Below are positions 23,864 through 35,524 of a DNA stretch of 64,000 bases, one piece after another. The notes beneath the pieces are model-generated. The model was not told where the DNA came from. It ran no database searches and saw only the letters and a list, made by a program, of their open reading frames with translations. The number at the start of each line of letters is the position of its first letter. Positions within the stretch are counted from its first letter, which is position 1. The DNA is taken from NCBI RefSeq assembly GCF_037042905.1, contig NC_087257.1, positions 124,001 to 188,000 on the forward strand, given 5' to 3'. The stretch comes from Lytechinus pictus. Its lineage: Eukaryota. A program made the translations under genes and the position numbers.

Positions 23864-24689
23864 TAACAAAATACCGATTGAAATAGATTGAAAAATCAAA
23901 AGTTGTATTCGACCAACAAGGTATATAGGTATAGTTCACTTTCTACCATTTAGCAAAATAACCGATTGAAGCGAAGAGGGAAACATATCAGTCTTTGTTA
24001 GTTTTTTTTTACATTCATTTTCGATAAATTTAATAGAGATAAAATGGCTCGATCTTCAGAGGTATCAGTTAGTTTCCGTAAATTCGAGGCAACCTCGCCT
24101 CTTAACGAAGATATCCTTGATCTACGAGGATATTCGTCACATAAAGCATTTTACAATAGCTGGATTTATTATCCTTTTTTATTGCGATTATGTTAGAGAA
24201 CATGATGATAGAGGGAGAAGGGTATCACTATATGGGGGAAGATCCAAAAATAAGAGGAAAATCGATGGAAGCGATGGAAAATCAAGGAGTTGCAAAGGAA
24301 GTAATTTGGGGAGATCACAAAGACATGCTGGACAGGTTTGAAAAGGATTGTGTTCCAGGCATGGCGTCGATGGAAAATCATTGCGTAGCGATACCAGGGT
24401 GTATCATTTCCAATCACTACGAAACTATGTCAGACCAAGAGAAATTCGAAAAAAATGAAAGCAAAGAATTCAAGAGCTATTCACTGCATCTTCTTTTCTA
24501 TCTATATTATAATAGATGGAAGAAAGCGAGCTATTCAAGATGTCATGGTCGAAAACAACCTTTGATTTTCTAACAAAGCGAGGAATGCAATAACTAATCT
24601 TTGTTATTTCTACAATGTTAGTATTCTACCTAAAATGTATTATGTAACATTAGCATTTTCAATCCTTCCATTCAAATTTTTGTTTGTTG

Positions 24690-25115
24690 ATTCGTTTCCA
24701 GGGAGACTCTTCCGTCGCTTCCAACCGATACGTAACATTACAACGTCACTGTGCTCATTGTTATTTAAATGATCCCCCATTGGAAACCCATCTTCCTCGT
24801 AGTCCTACCTCTTTAATTTAAATTACCCTCCATTGAATTCCCATCTTTCCAGACTACTCTTATTTTGTTATACGTAACATTACTACGTCACCGGGATTAT
24901 TGTTATTTAAATGATCCCCTATTCAATGACCATCCTATCTCTTCGTATTCACCATTGTTATGGTAATCATCCCTATTCAATGGCTATCTTTCCAGACTAC
25001 TCTTCCATTGTTATGCTAATCAACCCACTATTCAATTGCTATGTTTCCCGACTACTCTTCCATTGTTATGCTAATTACCCCTATTCAACTCTTCATTGTT
25101 ATGCTAATGATATTA
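24690..25115. repeat. Degenerate tandem repeat (ccagactactcttccattgttatgctaat-like)
   Basis: Recurrent motif visible. Confidence 0.7.
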
Positions 25116-25469
25116 CGTCATATTCTTTTGTGCGCGCGTCATGCTTGAGTGAACCTTTAGAATGGCCATATCGCCGTCATTATTCTCTGCTCGCATTGAT
25201 TCTTTTTTAAAGTGATATTACATTTATTCATGAACACATCATTATAAAACCATTATTCAATTGCCTCTTCGTCATGTGCCTATGAAATAAGATAATTTAA
25301 CATGCATTTAAGGCACTTATGATTGCCTGGGGGAGGGAGGGGCTGCCATTTTTGCGAAAAGTACACAGGGGCGCCAAAATCAGGTCGAATTTGGCCCCCC
25401 CCCCCCCCTCCCTACGAAATCCTGGATCCGCGCCTGGTTACAACTATATATGCAGTGACTAGTCACTTC

Positions 25470-27282
25470 TATTTTATTTCCTTTTCGCCTTTGTCAGAAT
25501 AATGCTACATATATATTTCTTAGAGATTTCTTAACGAAAGGTATATTAATTTTGTTTTTAACTCTTTAGCACCTCAAAACAATTTTGAAACATGTCCTGA
25601 TAGATCGCCAATATGAGATGTTACCAACTTCTATTCTGTTTTATTTACGTTTCCAACTTTGTCGAGAAAAGGTGTCTTTAACCCTAAACAGGCGGGGGAG
25701 GGGGGTTAAATCACCCCCCCTCAACATTTTCTGCGATCATTCCGCCGCGCTTATACTTATGCTCATACTTTAACGTCTCGCACATCTTTTGAAACCAAAT
25801 TTACGACGCCAGGGTACGCGGTTCTGAAATTATGCAACATTTCGTAAGTGCATGTCAGACCAAAAATTGTTCCAAAACGCGATTTTGTGTACAAAGTCAA
25901 TGCAAATTGAGTTTTCTTATCTTATCATTAATATATGATTATTTTTACTTTAAACAGCTGAAATCAATTGATTTTAGCATAATTATGCTTCAAAAAGGTT
26001 GTGCAATAAATCTGGTGAAAAAACAAAGAAAAACAAAAGGTTAAAAAACAAAGAAATACATAAGAAATTCATAAAACAATAAAATACCGAAGTTTTTTTC
26101 AATTGCGATTGTTAAGAATGCTACAAAGAATATTTTTACAAAAAATTAGCATTCCAGGAGCTTTATTGAGTGAATTAGAGCAAAAAGTATGATTTATGCA
26201 TAAATTAGCATAATTAATTCATATAAAATAAAAATTTCATTATTTTGGAAAATTTTACCATACAGCCTTGTAGATTGCATCGCACACTACCGGCGTGCAA
26301 ATTTTTGCGGCGCTCGCGCGATCGGCGGCCGAGTCAACCCCCCCCCCCCCCCGGCCACAGAACAGCCAAAAAAGCCCGGCCTAGTTAGGGTTAATATTTC
26401 TTAACGGAGAACAAGGGATCGTAACGAGAGGTATATCAAATATATTATAACTTGTTGACTCCTAAAAACAATTTTAACACATGTCCTGATAGATCGCCAA
26501 TGTGAGATGTTACCAACTTCTATTTTGTCTTATTTACGTTTCCAACTTTGTCGAGAAAAGGCGTCTTTAATATTTCTTTATAACGGAGAACAAGGGATCA
26601 TAACGACAGATATATCAAATATATTATAACTTGTTGACCCCTAAAAACAATTTTAAAACATGTCCTGATAGATCGCACACTCATATCTAAGATGTTTGTG
26701 ACTTCTATTTTTTTTTATTTACGTATTCAACTTTGTCAAGAAAAGGCGTCTTTAATATTTCTTAACGGAGAACAAGGGATCATTACGAAACGTATATCAA
26801 ATATATTTTAACTTGTTGACCCCTAAAACAATTTTAAAACATGTCCCGATAGATTGCACACTCATCTGAGATTTTTGAGACTTCTACTTTGTTTTGTTTA
26901 CGTATTCAACTTTGTCGAGAAAAGGTGTATTTTACATTCCTTAACAGAGAACAAGGGATCATGACGAAAAGTATATCAAATATATTTTAACTTGTTGACC
27001 CCTAAAAACAATTTTAAAACACGTCCTGATAGATCGCCAATATGAGATGTTACCAACTTCTATTCTGTTTTATTTACGTTTCCAACTTTGTCGAGAAAAG
27101 GCGTCTTTATAATATTTCTTAACGGAGAACAAGGGATCATAACGAAAGGTATATCAAATATATTTTAACTTGTTGACCCTAATAACAATTTTAAAACATG
27201 TCCTGATCATGCGTTCATTAATCTGAGATGTTTGTGACTTCTATTTTTCTTTATTTACGTTTCCAACTTTGTCGAGAAAAGG
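25470..27282. repeat. ~180-bp AT-rich tandem satellite, ~6 units, interrupted by a MITE
   Basis: Unit starts (ttaacggagaacaagggatc) at ~26401, 26580, 26762, 26941 and 27119, plus a degenerate unit at ~25531. Confidence 0.93.
25682..26390. mobile_element. piggyBac-type MITE
   Basis: TTAA TSD (25678-81, 26391-94); CCCTAA...TTAGGG termini; empty site tctttaatatttc in neighbouring satellite units. Confidence 0.9.
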
Positions 27283-28284
27283 GGTGTCAAATGAATAGTT
27301 ATGGGGGGGGGTAAGAATGCAGACATAATTAATGCCATACAGGACCTCCTGTGTTTTAAAACCAAGGGTGAGCCACGTGACTTGTCATGACGGGGGAGGG
27401 GGGGGGGGTTATAGAATGAAGAAATATAATGCCACATAGCACATCCCTGGTTTAATGGGTTTTTATTATTAAGGGCTCATTGCAGGTTGGATATGATGAT
27501 GATGATGAGGAGGGTATCCAGCCAATTGGTTGGCACGTTACTTGATATGGGGCCGGGGGGGGGGTGGGTAGCAGATAATGCCATATAAGACCTCTTCGGA
27601 ATTTGGGGGCATTCATTTTAGGGGCCTAATAGGGGTATCTGCGGACGGCAATGGGGTCAAGGATGATGATGAGTATCAAGGTATTAGAGCCCATGGGGTG
27701 TCAAATGAATAGTTATGGGGGGGGGGGGTGAGAATACAGACATAATTAATGCCATACAGGACCTCCTGTGTTTTAGGGGTTTCTATTATTTGGGGCATAA
27801 TAGGGGGTATCTGAGCACATATGGGTAAAGGAAGATGAGTATAATATGGTACACATGTACATAAAACCAAGGGTGAGCCACGTGACTTGTCATGACGGGG
27901 GAGGGGGGGGGGTTATAGAATGAAGAAATATAATGCCACATAGCACATCCCTGGTTTAATGGGTTTTTATTATTAAGGGCTCATTGCAGGTTGGATATGA
28001 TGATGATGATGATAAGGGTATCCAGCCAATTGGTTGGCACGTTACTTGATATGGGGCCGGGGGGGGGGGGGGGGGTAGCAGATAATGCCATATAAGACCT
28101 CTTCAGAATTTGGGGGCATTCATTTTAGGGGCCTAATAGGGGTATCTGCGGACGGCAATGGGGTCAAGGATGATGATGAGTATCAAGGTATTAGAGCCCA
28201 TGGGGTGTCAAATGAATAGTTATGGGGGGGGGTGAGAATACAGACATAATTAATGCCATACAGGACCTCCTGTGTTTTAGGGGT

Positions 28285-29533
28285 TGTCACAAGCCCAGTG
28301 CAAAAGCAAAGGACAAAAATACTCTAGAGAAAAGATAATTGCCTATGTACTGTTTACACAACAAATCACGAAAAAGAAAATGGATTGGAATTACAAATCA
28401 AATGAAATATCTTTAATCATAATTAAATTCAATGCGTTCACTTCTGTGAATAATATGGCGTAACATCAACGAATAAATTCATAATGAAATTTCATTTCGA
28501 ATAACATAAAGTCCTTAGCTGTTATCATTTCGTTGGGGCCCATTGAAGAAAACTGACGAGTTTATCGCGATCAATGGCGAATCCGAACATCGATGACTCA
28601 TCACTATGACGTCACACTGGAGGGCGATTCCCGAGACTTCTGTCCCGTCCGGAGTTCCCGTAAGCACCCTCAGTACTCACTGTTGATACGGCTCTGCCTT
28701 TAGAACCTCGATACCAAAAACCCTACAATAAATAGTAAACATGGAACCACACTTCTAATACATTGATCTAATCACGCAATTGATTCATTAATTAGTTTTG
28801 CATAACTAGTTGTCAATAAGTGTCCATGTTTGATTGATGGAAATTCATTTCAAAATTATCCATAAAGTAATCTTTCAAAATACGTTCAATCTTACAAATA
28901 CATTACAAATTAATTATGCCAATCCCTTATAGATAAACACACAACATGTTCAGGCATAGTATGTAAACAGACCCATTAAACGGACGTAATGTCAAAAATC
29001 TGTTAAATAGTTTTAATTTGCAAAATTCAACATTAAATAACTTTCACATATTCTGCAATTAACTTAAAACCTTATTTCGTGCAAATTTCCGTCTTAGTTT
29101 TAAAGATTATTGAAATATCCTAGTAGGAAGTAATTTTGACTTACCACGTATGTGGGTTAAGAAATACACCAAGAAATCATCTAAAACTCCTTCCTGACAT
29201 AGCAGCATAAAATATGATTAGCTCGTCGATAAAACAAATCCATATTATGTGTCTGCTAAAATTATAGCAAAATGATGAAGTTGATATTGCCCCTAAGGCA
29301 AAAACAAATCGAGACAAATCATGTCAGCTCCATCCAAACCAATAAAACGTAATGACCAAAATTAATAGGCCTACAGTACACGACGCCGTCGGATCGGGTT
29401 TTAGGGCGTAGTTCATTTGCCTAACAAAAGTTTTACAATTAATTTGCATATACGTATGCGCTTCGCCTAGACGTAATGTCCAGTCTTTAAGAAAAGCTCT
29501 AAATTAGTAAGATTCATACACTTAACCTTGACA
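28285..29533 (-). repeat. 3' LTR (1249 bp)
   Basis: TGTCAC...TTGACA; matches 34276-35524. Confidence 0.97.
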
Positions 29534-29697
29534 AATAACCGCCAACCCAAAATGATATTACTGCTTTAGAGATTTTCAATGTTATCAAATTATAAAAGTT
29601 AGTTCACTCTATTTTATGAACCATTCAATCTTCGGGACATCTACTGAGAAAATCTGCTCCCACATTATCAGATCCCTTGATAACCTCAACATGGAAA

Positions 29698-32600
29698 TTA
29701 TAGGACTGTAATGCCTAACGCCCACCGTAAAACTCTGAGATTTTTCAATCTCGCTTGCGACAAGTATGCCAAAGGAAAGTGGTCCGTCTGCAACGTGAAC
29801 TTCCTCCCATGTAAGAAGTAGGCAAACTTCTTAACAGCCCACGCTAAGGCAAGACACTCGCGCTCTACTATCGGATACAAGCGTTCGCGATCAAGTAACT
29901 TACGACTGGCAAAACAAATGGGAAACAATTTCTCTTCATGAGTTTGCATCAACACGGCGCCGATGCCAACATCAGATGCATCCGTGCGCACAACGAACTC
30001 GCTATCGATGTCCGGTAATCTAAGTACAGGAAAATGACTCAGCCTGCTCTTAAGTGTTTGGAAAGCGTGTTCATGCGCTTCCTCCCACTTTACTTTCGTA
30101 GCACTATTTTTCTTCGTGAGATCGGATAGAGGGGCAGCAATGGTGGCCATATTTGGGATAAATTTCCGGTAGTACCCCACTAGACCAAGAAATGACCTTA
30201 CCTCCTTCTTTGTTGTCGGTCGGGATGACGACAACACTTGCTTGATCTTCTCTGGCGTAGGTTTCACTTCACCTTGTCCCACGATGTGTCCAAGAAATTC
30301 TACTGAGCTACATGCAGCATGACACTTGCTCGGTCGAGCAGTGAGATGACTTTCCCTTAATCGTGATAGGACTCTCCTTACATCTTCCAGATGCTCTTCC
30401 CATGATGAACTATAGATGAGGATGTCATCTATATAATGAAGGACGTGAGGGAGTTCATCTAACACCTTCCTCATCATTCTGGTAAACACAGCAGGGGCGT
30501 TAACCATGCCAAAGGGAAGTACCAAAAACTCGTACTGGCCATCAGGAGTTACAAACGCCGTTTTCCCACGGTCCTCCTCGACCACTGGTATCTGCCAATA
30601 TCCTTTTGACAAGTCAATTTTAGTGAAGTACTTGGCATCTCCGATATCTGCGATTACCTGATCTATGTTGGGAATTGGTTCGTTGTCGATGACTGTTTTA
30701 GCGTTGATCTTCCTATAGTCAACGCAGAATCTATTCTTCCCGTCCTTTTTCTTGACGATTACCACAGGTGATGCATAGGGCGATGTAGACTTTTCGATTA
30801 CTCCCATCCTAAGCATCGTCTCTACTTCCTCTCTAATCGTCTGTCGTAGTGCTTGAGGTACTGGGTAGGGGCGTGATCTGATGTGTTCGGCCGAAGTCAA
30901 CTCCACCGAATGACTAATGATGTCCGTCTTCCCAGGGACATCGGTCATGACGTCTGTGAATTCCCGGAAGAGCGCCTGCATCTGAGTTCGCATGTCGACG
31001 GGTACGTCGTCGCCAAACTCCACGTCATCGATGCTTTCCGTCTGCTCAACTACTGGGAATATAATGCTCGCAGAACTATCACTCTCGTCACCCTCATCCA
31101 CAATATGGATAGCAGCAACTTGATCAGCTGGGGCTGAAACTTCTTGACTACCATCTTCATGTTCCCTCTCAACATACCTCTTCAGTAGATTGGCGTGATA
31201 AGTCTTCTCTTTTCCATTCACCATCAACTTGTAGTTGTTCCTAGCAACCCTCTTCACGACCTCATAAGGACCTCTCCAATGCATGAGTAGCTTATTGCTG
31301 CTAGTTGGTAGAAGTAGAAGAACTTGATCACCACACTCAAATCTCCTCTCCTTCGCCTTAACGTCGAAGTGTGTCTTGTACTTCGTTGAAGCCTTCGTAA
31401 GCTCCTTCCTAGCGAGCTCACAAGTCGACTCTAGTCGTTCCTGCAAATCAATGACATACTGATAAACTGATTTGACTTCTTCTTCTGGGACTTCTGTAGA
31501 CCATAATTCCTTGAGAATAGTCATGGGTCCCCTGACAGTTCTCCCATACATTAATTCAAATGGAGAATATCCAAGACTCTCATGTGGAACCTCACGATAC
31601 GCAAACAGAAGCGCGGGTAAGTATCTATCCCAATCTTTAGGACATTCCTGACACATCCTACGCAACATTTGCTTAAGGGTCCCATTGAACCGTTCACATG
31701 CTCCATTAGCCATTGGATGGTAAGGAGTAGTGTGAAACTGGCTAACTCCTAACAATTGGGCAGCTTCTTTCATAACTCCCGAAACAAACTGAGTACCATT
31801 ATCAGACAATATTTGATTAGGTACACCTAAGCGTGAAAATATTTCAACTAGGGCCTCTGCCACACGCTCGGCTTCAATTCGAGGTAGGGCTACTGCCTCA
31901 GGGTAGCGAGTAGCTAGATCAACTACAGTCAAGATATACCTATTCCCTCTATCAGTAATGGGATTTAGGGGTCCTATCAAATCTACTGCAATTCGTTTGA
32001 AACAAGTATCTATCAAAGGGGGAATTACGAGTGGCACCTTACCAATCCGTCCTTTAGGCATTGTACGTTGACATGCGTCGCAAGAAGCACAATAACGCTT
32101 GACATCGGATTGTAGTCCAGGCCAGAAGAATTGCGTCAGGATCCTGTCATTCGTCTTCCTTGTCTTCAGATGTCCAGCTAATGCAGAGTCATGAGCTAGT
32201 CGAAGAACTTGAGATCTGAACGGCTTGGGTACCAACAGTTGAGTAAACGTCTTCCCCTGGGTGTTACCTAGTGACCTGTATTCACGGAATAGAAGACCAT
32301 TCTTGAAGTAAAATCTCACTTCGCTATTCTTCCCTACAAGCTTTGACTCACCCTTTTCTGCTAAATCTCTTAGTTTCTTCAGCGTTGCATCTGCCTTCTG
32401 TGCTGCAATAACATCCTCACGGGTTGCGATACACTCCGGCTGCTTTGACGATCCAAGACTCATGAACGGCCGATCCTTTCGTCTCTTCGTCCCTCGAGTC
32501 TCCACTCCTGCCCCTTGTTCCACCTCTTCATTGATAGTTGACTCACTCATCAACTCACTTGGTTGCTCTTGAATGATGACATCATCCTGGTTGTGCGGCT

Positions 32601-34203
32601 GGGACACATCATTCGGTATCTTTTCGTCTGGTACTTGAGTAACGCCTGACAGATCATCTTCTGTGGCCTCCGACGATGAGGGCGTACTCTGCTCTCTTAC
32701 AGTTGTCTCCTTTATGTCATCAGGATCACCGTCACAGGAGGATCTATCCTCCTTGATGGATGACTCGCCGTCACTCGCCTTAGTGTAGGTCCAGTTCTGA
32801 TCCTCATCTCCAGGTTTCCTGGCACCTGTAATATTTCCGATGACTAAATCGTACAACGGGTTATCAACACATAATGCTGTCACATTACCTTGGAAATATG
32901 GGGTACTAACATACAGCCTTGCCTCTGGCATCCGTCTAATTGTTCGGTCAATTAGCATACATAGCTTTGTTTTTCCTGTAAACTGAGCTTTCTTCACTAA
33001 ATCCGTACGAACAATCACGCAACTACAACCTGAATCGCGCAAGACTGTTATTTTCTTGCCATTTATACTGCCATCACAAGTGGGCATATCTGATTCTACT
33101 GTACAAGCCGTATAAAGCAACGGAATTTCATGACCACACTGCAGCTTTACCGTAGCTGAATCGGGACTAACACCTTGCGTTTGCGGTGTTGACATATCAG
33201 GGCATACTCCGACTACGCATGCGTTCACAGATTGCTTACGCGAATCCGAGCTTAACTTGCCTGACCCGTCTCTCGAATTACTGCCCTTTTTGTTTGGACA
33301 CCTGGCCATAAAATGACCTGATTTACCGCAAGTATAGCAAGCTTTTGGATTAGGACTTATGTCGCTTCGGTCCTTACTTTTACCATCTCTCAATTTGCGA
33401 GCATTTTCTTCACGGCGTGCGCGTCTACCGGAGTCAGTTGTAGCTGACACATGCGCACTCCTATATTGCTCAGCTAGCAAAATTAGCTCTGGAACGTTTT
33501 CGGGATTTCTCTCCCGCATAAATACTGACAATGAACGCTCAGAGGTCTCGTAAATATGTTCACGAACTATTACATCCAACAACGCATCAAATGTCTTTTC
33601 TTTGCCGCTCAAATCAATGCAGCGCGTGACGTAACGAATCAAACGGTTAGCATATTGGTAATAAGATTCTTCTCCGCCTTTCTTCGCTTCGCGAAAGCGT
33701 TTCCAATTTCCTTCACTCGTAAGAGCAAAGTATTGCAATAGCATGTTCTTAAGGAGATCGTAATCGGTTGCCTCCTCTGCGCTTATTGAACAATATACAT
33801 CTAGGGCGGGACCTGTCAACAAGTTGCCTAGAGCAGACGCCCAACAATCCTTTGGCCATTTACTCAAAGTCGCGTGCCGTTCAAAACGGTCTATGTACGC
33901 ATCTAGTTCATCCGTTTTGTCTCGGAACGCTGGCATACAGGGGATTTTACTAAGACCCTCAGACGATGTCCCAATAACTTTCCTACTTTCACTTATCTTC
34001 AAATCTAACTCCTTTTGTTTCGTTACCTCTTCTAACCTTCTTTGATCATCTTCCCTCCTAAGTCTTCGTTCATCTCTTTCTATCTGTTCGTTTCTACGCT
34101 TTTCTTCGAGAACCTTGTCACGTTCTTTACAAGCAAATTCTAATAATTCTTTACCCGCTAGTCCACACACTTTACCGAATTCAACAAACTTTTCCAAATC
34201 CAT
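29698..34203 (-). CDS. gag-pol: Gag-Pol polyprotein (capsid/SCAN-like, CCHC, protease, integrase, RT, RNase H); natural end probably 29625
   Basis: CYTCGKSGHFMARC, LRDSG, AHDSALAGH...CASCDAC, DLIGP/SDNG/ERFN integrase core, YIDD, TDAS RNase H. Confidence 0.96.
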   Translation of the reverse strand: MDLEKFVEFGKVCGLAGKELLEFACKERDKVLEEKRRNEQIERDERRLRREDDQRRLEEVTKQKELDLKISESRKVIGTSSEGLSKIPCMPAFRDKTDELDAYIDRFERHATLSKWPKDCWASALGNLLTGPALDVYCSISAEEATDYDLLKNMLLQYFALTSEGNWKRFREAKKGGEESYYQYANRLIRYVTRCIDLSGKEKTFDALLDVIVREHIYETSERSLSVFMRERNPENVPELILLAEQYRSAHVSATTDSGRRARREENARKLRDGKSKDRSDISPNPKACYTCGKSGHFMARCPNKKGSNSRDGSGKLSSDSRKQSVNACVVGVCPDMSTPQTQGVSPDSATVKLQCGHEIPLLYTACTVESDMPTCDGSINGKKITVLRDSGCSCVIVRTDLVKKAQFTGKTKLCMLIDRTIRRMPEARLYVSTPYFQGNVTALCVDNPLYDLVIGNITGARKPGDEDQNWTYTKASDGESSIKEDRSSCDGDPDDIKETTVREQSTPSSSEATEDDLSGVTQVPDEKIPNDVSQPHNQDDVIIQEQPSELMSESTINEEVEQGAGVETRGTKRRKDRPFMSLGSSKQPECIATREDVIAAQKADATLKKLRDLAEKGESKLVGKNSEVRFYFKNGLLFREYRSLGNTQGKTFTQLLVPKPFRSQVLRLAHDSALAGHLKTRKTNDRILTQFFWPGLQSDVKRYCASCDACQRTMPKGRIGKVPLVIPPLIDTCFKRIAVDLIGPLNPITDRGNRYILTVVDLATRYPEAVALPRIEAERVAEALVEIFSRLGVPNQILSDNGTQFVSGVMKEAAQLLGVSQFHTTPYHPMANGACERFNGTLKQMLRRMCQECPKDWDRYLPALLFAYREVPHESLGYSPFELMYGRTVRGPMTILKELWSTEVPEEEVKSVYQYVIDLQERLESTCELARKELTKASTKYKTHFDVKAKERRFECGDQVLLLLPTSSNKLLMHWRGPYEVVKRVARNNYKLMVNGKEKTYHANLLKRYVEREHEDGSQEVSAPADQVAAIHIVDEGDESDSSASIIFPVVEQTESIDDVEFGDDVPVDMRTQMQALFREFTDVMTDVPGKTDIISHSVELTSAEHIRSRPYPVPQALRQTIREEVETMLRMGVIEKSTSPYASPVVIVKKKDGKNRFCVDYRKINAKTVIDNEPIPNIDQVIADIGDAKYFTKIDLSKGYWQIPVVEEDRGKTAFVTPDGQYEFLVLPFGMVNAPAVFTRMMRKVLDELPHVLHYIDDILIYSSSWEEHLEDVRRVLSRLRESHLTARPSKCHAACSSVEFLGHIVGQGEVKPTPEKIKQVLSSSRPTTKKEVRSFLGLVGYYRKFIPNMATIAAPLSDLTKKNSATKVKWEEAHEHAFQTLKSRLSHFPVLRLPDIDSEFVVRTDASDVGIGAVLMQTHEEKLFPICFASRKLLDRERLYPIVERECLALAWAVKKFAYFLHGRKFTLQTDHFPLAYLSQARLKNLRVLRWALGITVL

Positions 34204-34253
34204 TCTTTAAATTCTATTTGTTATGAACAGTACTGCAATTAATTATTTTTCTC

Positions 34254-34273
34254 ATCCCAAGGACATGCCCCCA
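34254..34273 (-). promoter_or_regulatory. PBS, tRNA-Pro-like (imperfect)
   Basis: Minus strand TGGGGGCATGTCCTTGGGAT, 2 nt after the 5' LTR; canonical Pro PBS is TGGGGGCTCGTCCGGGAT. Confidence 0.7.
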
Positions 34274-34275
34274 TT

Positions 34276-35524
34276 TGTCACAAGCCCAGTGCAAAAGCAA
34301 AGGACAAAAATACTCTAGAGAAAAGATAATTGCCTATGTACTGTTTACACAACAAATCACGAAAAAGAAAATGGATTGGAATTACAAATCAAATGAAATA
34401 TCTTTAATCATAATTAAATTCAATGCGTTCACTTCTGTGAATAATATGGCGTAACATCAACGAATAAATTCATAATGAAATTTCATTTCGAATAACATAA
34501 AGTCCTTAGCTGTTATCATTTCGTTGGGGCCCATTGAAGAAAACTGACGAGTTTATCGCGATCAATGGCGAATCCGAACATCGATGACTCATCACTATGA
34601 CGTCACACTGGAGGGCGATTCCCGAGACTTCTGTCCCGTCCGGAGTTCCCGTAAGCACCCTCAGTACTCACTGTTGATACGGCTCTGCCTTTAGAACCTC
34701 GATACCAAAAACCCTACAATAAATAGTAAACATGGAACCACACTTCTAATACATTGATCTAATCACGCAATTGATTCATTAATTAGTTTTGCATAACTAG
34801 TTGTCAATAAGTGTCCATGTTTGATTGATGGAAATTCATTTCAAAATTATCCATAAAGTAATCTTTCAAAATACGTTCAATCTTACAAATACATTACAAA
34901 TTAATTATGCCAATCCCTTATAGATAAACACACAACATGTTCAGGCATAGTATGTAAACAGACCCATTAAACGGACGTAATGTCAAAAATCTGTTAAATA
35001 GTTTTAATTTGCAAAATTCAACATTAAATAACTTTCACATATTCTGCAATTAACTTAAAACCTTATTTCGTGCAAATTTCCGTCTTAGTTTTAAAGATTA
35101 TTGAAATATCCTAGTAGGAAGTAATTTTGACTTACCACGTATGTGGGTTAAGAAATACACCAAGAAATCATCTAAAACTCCTTCCTGACATAGCAGCATA
35201 AAATATGATTAGCTCGTCGATAAAACAAATCCATATTATGTGTCTGCTAAAATTATAGCAAAATGATGAAGTTGATATTGCCCCTAAGGCAAAAACAAAT
35301 CGAGACAAATCATGTCAGCTCCATCCAAACCAATAAAACGTAATGACCAAAATTAATAGGCCTACAGTACACGACGCCGTCGGATCGGGTTTTAGGGCGT
35401 AGTTCATTTGCCTAACAAAAGTTTTACAATTAATTTGCATATACGTATGCGCTTCGCCTAGACGTAATGTCCAGTCTTTAAGAAAAGCTCTAAATTAGTA
35501 AGATTCATACACTTAACCTTGACA
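34276..35524 (-). repeat. 5' LTR (1249 bp)
   Basis: TGTCAC...TTGACA; adjacent to the PBS on the minus strand. Confidence 0.97.

Larger units (their letters stand above)
14100..25436 (+). mobile_element. Possible large decayed hAT-type transposon bounded by TIRs CAGGCGCGGATCCA / TGGATCCGCGCCTG
   Basis: Perfect 14-bp inverted termini; the GGGGCGCCAAA subterminal motif occurs near both ends; no TSD found. Confidence 0.4.
28285..35524 (-). mobile_element. Full-length Gmr1-like Ty3/Gypsy LTR retrotransposon
   Basis: Two 1249-bp TG...CA LTRs; 5-bp TSD GGGGT (28280-84, 35525-29); single gag-pol ORF with INT before RT. Confidence 0.97.

Noticed and set aside
30883-34045. Plus-strand ORFs antisense to gag-pol
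   Set aside because: Short shadow ORFs with no motifs
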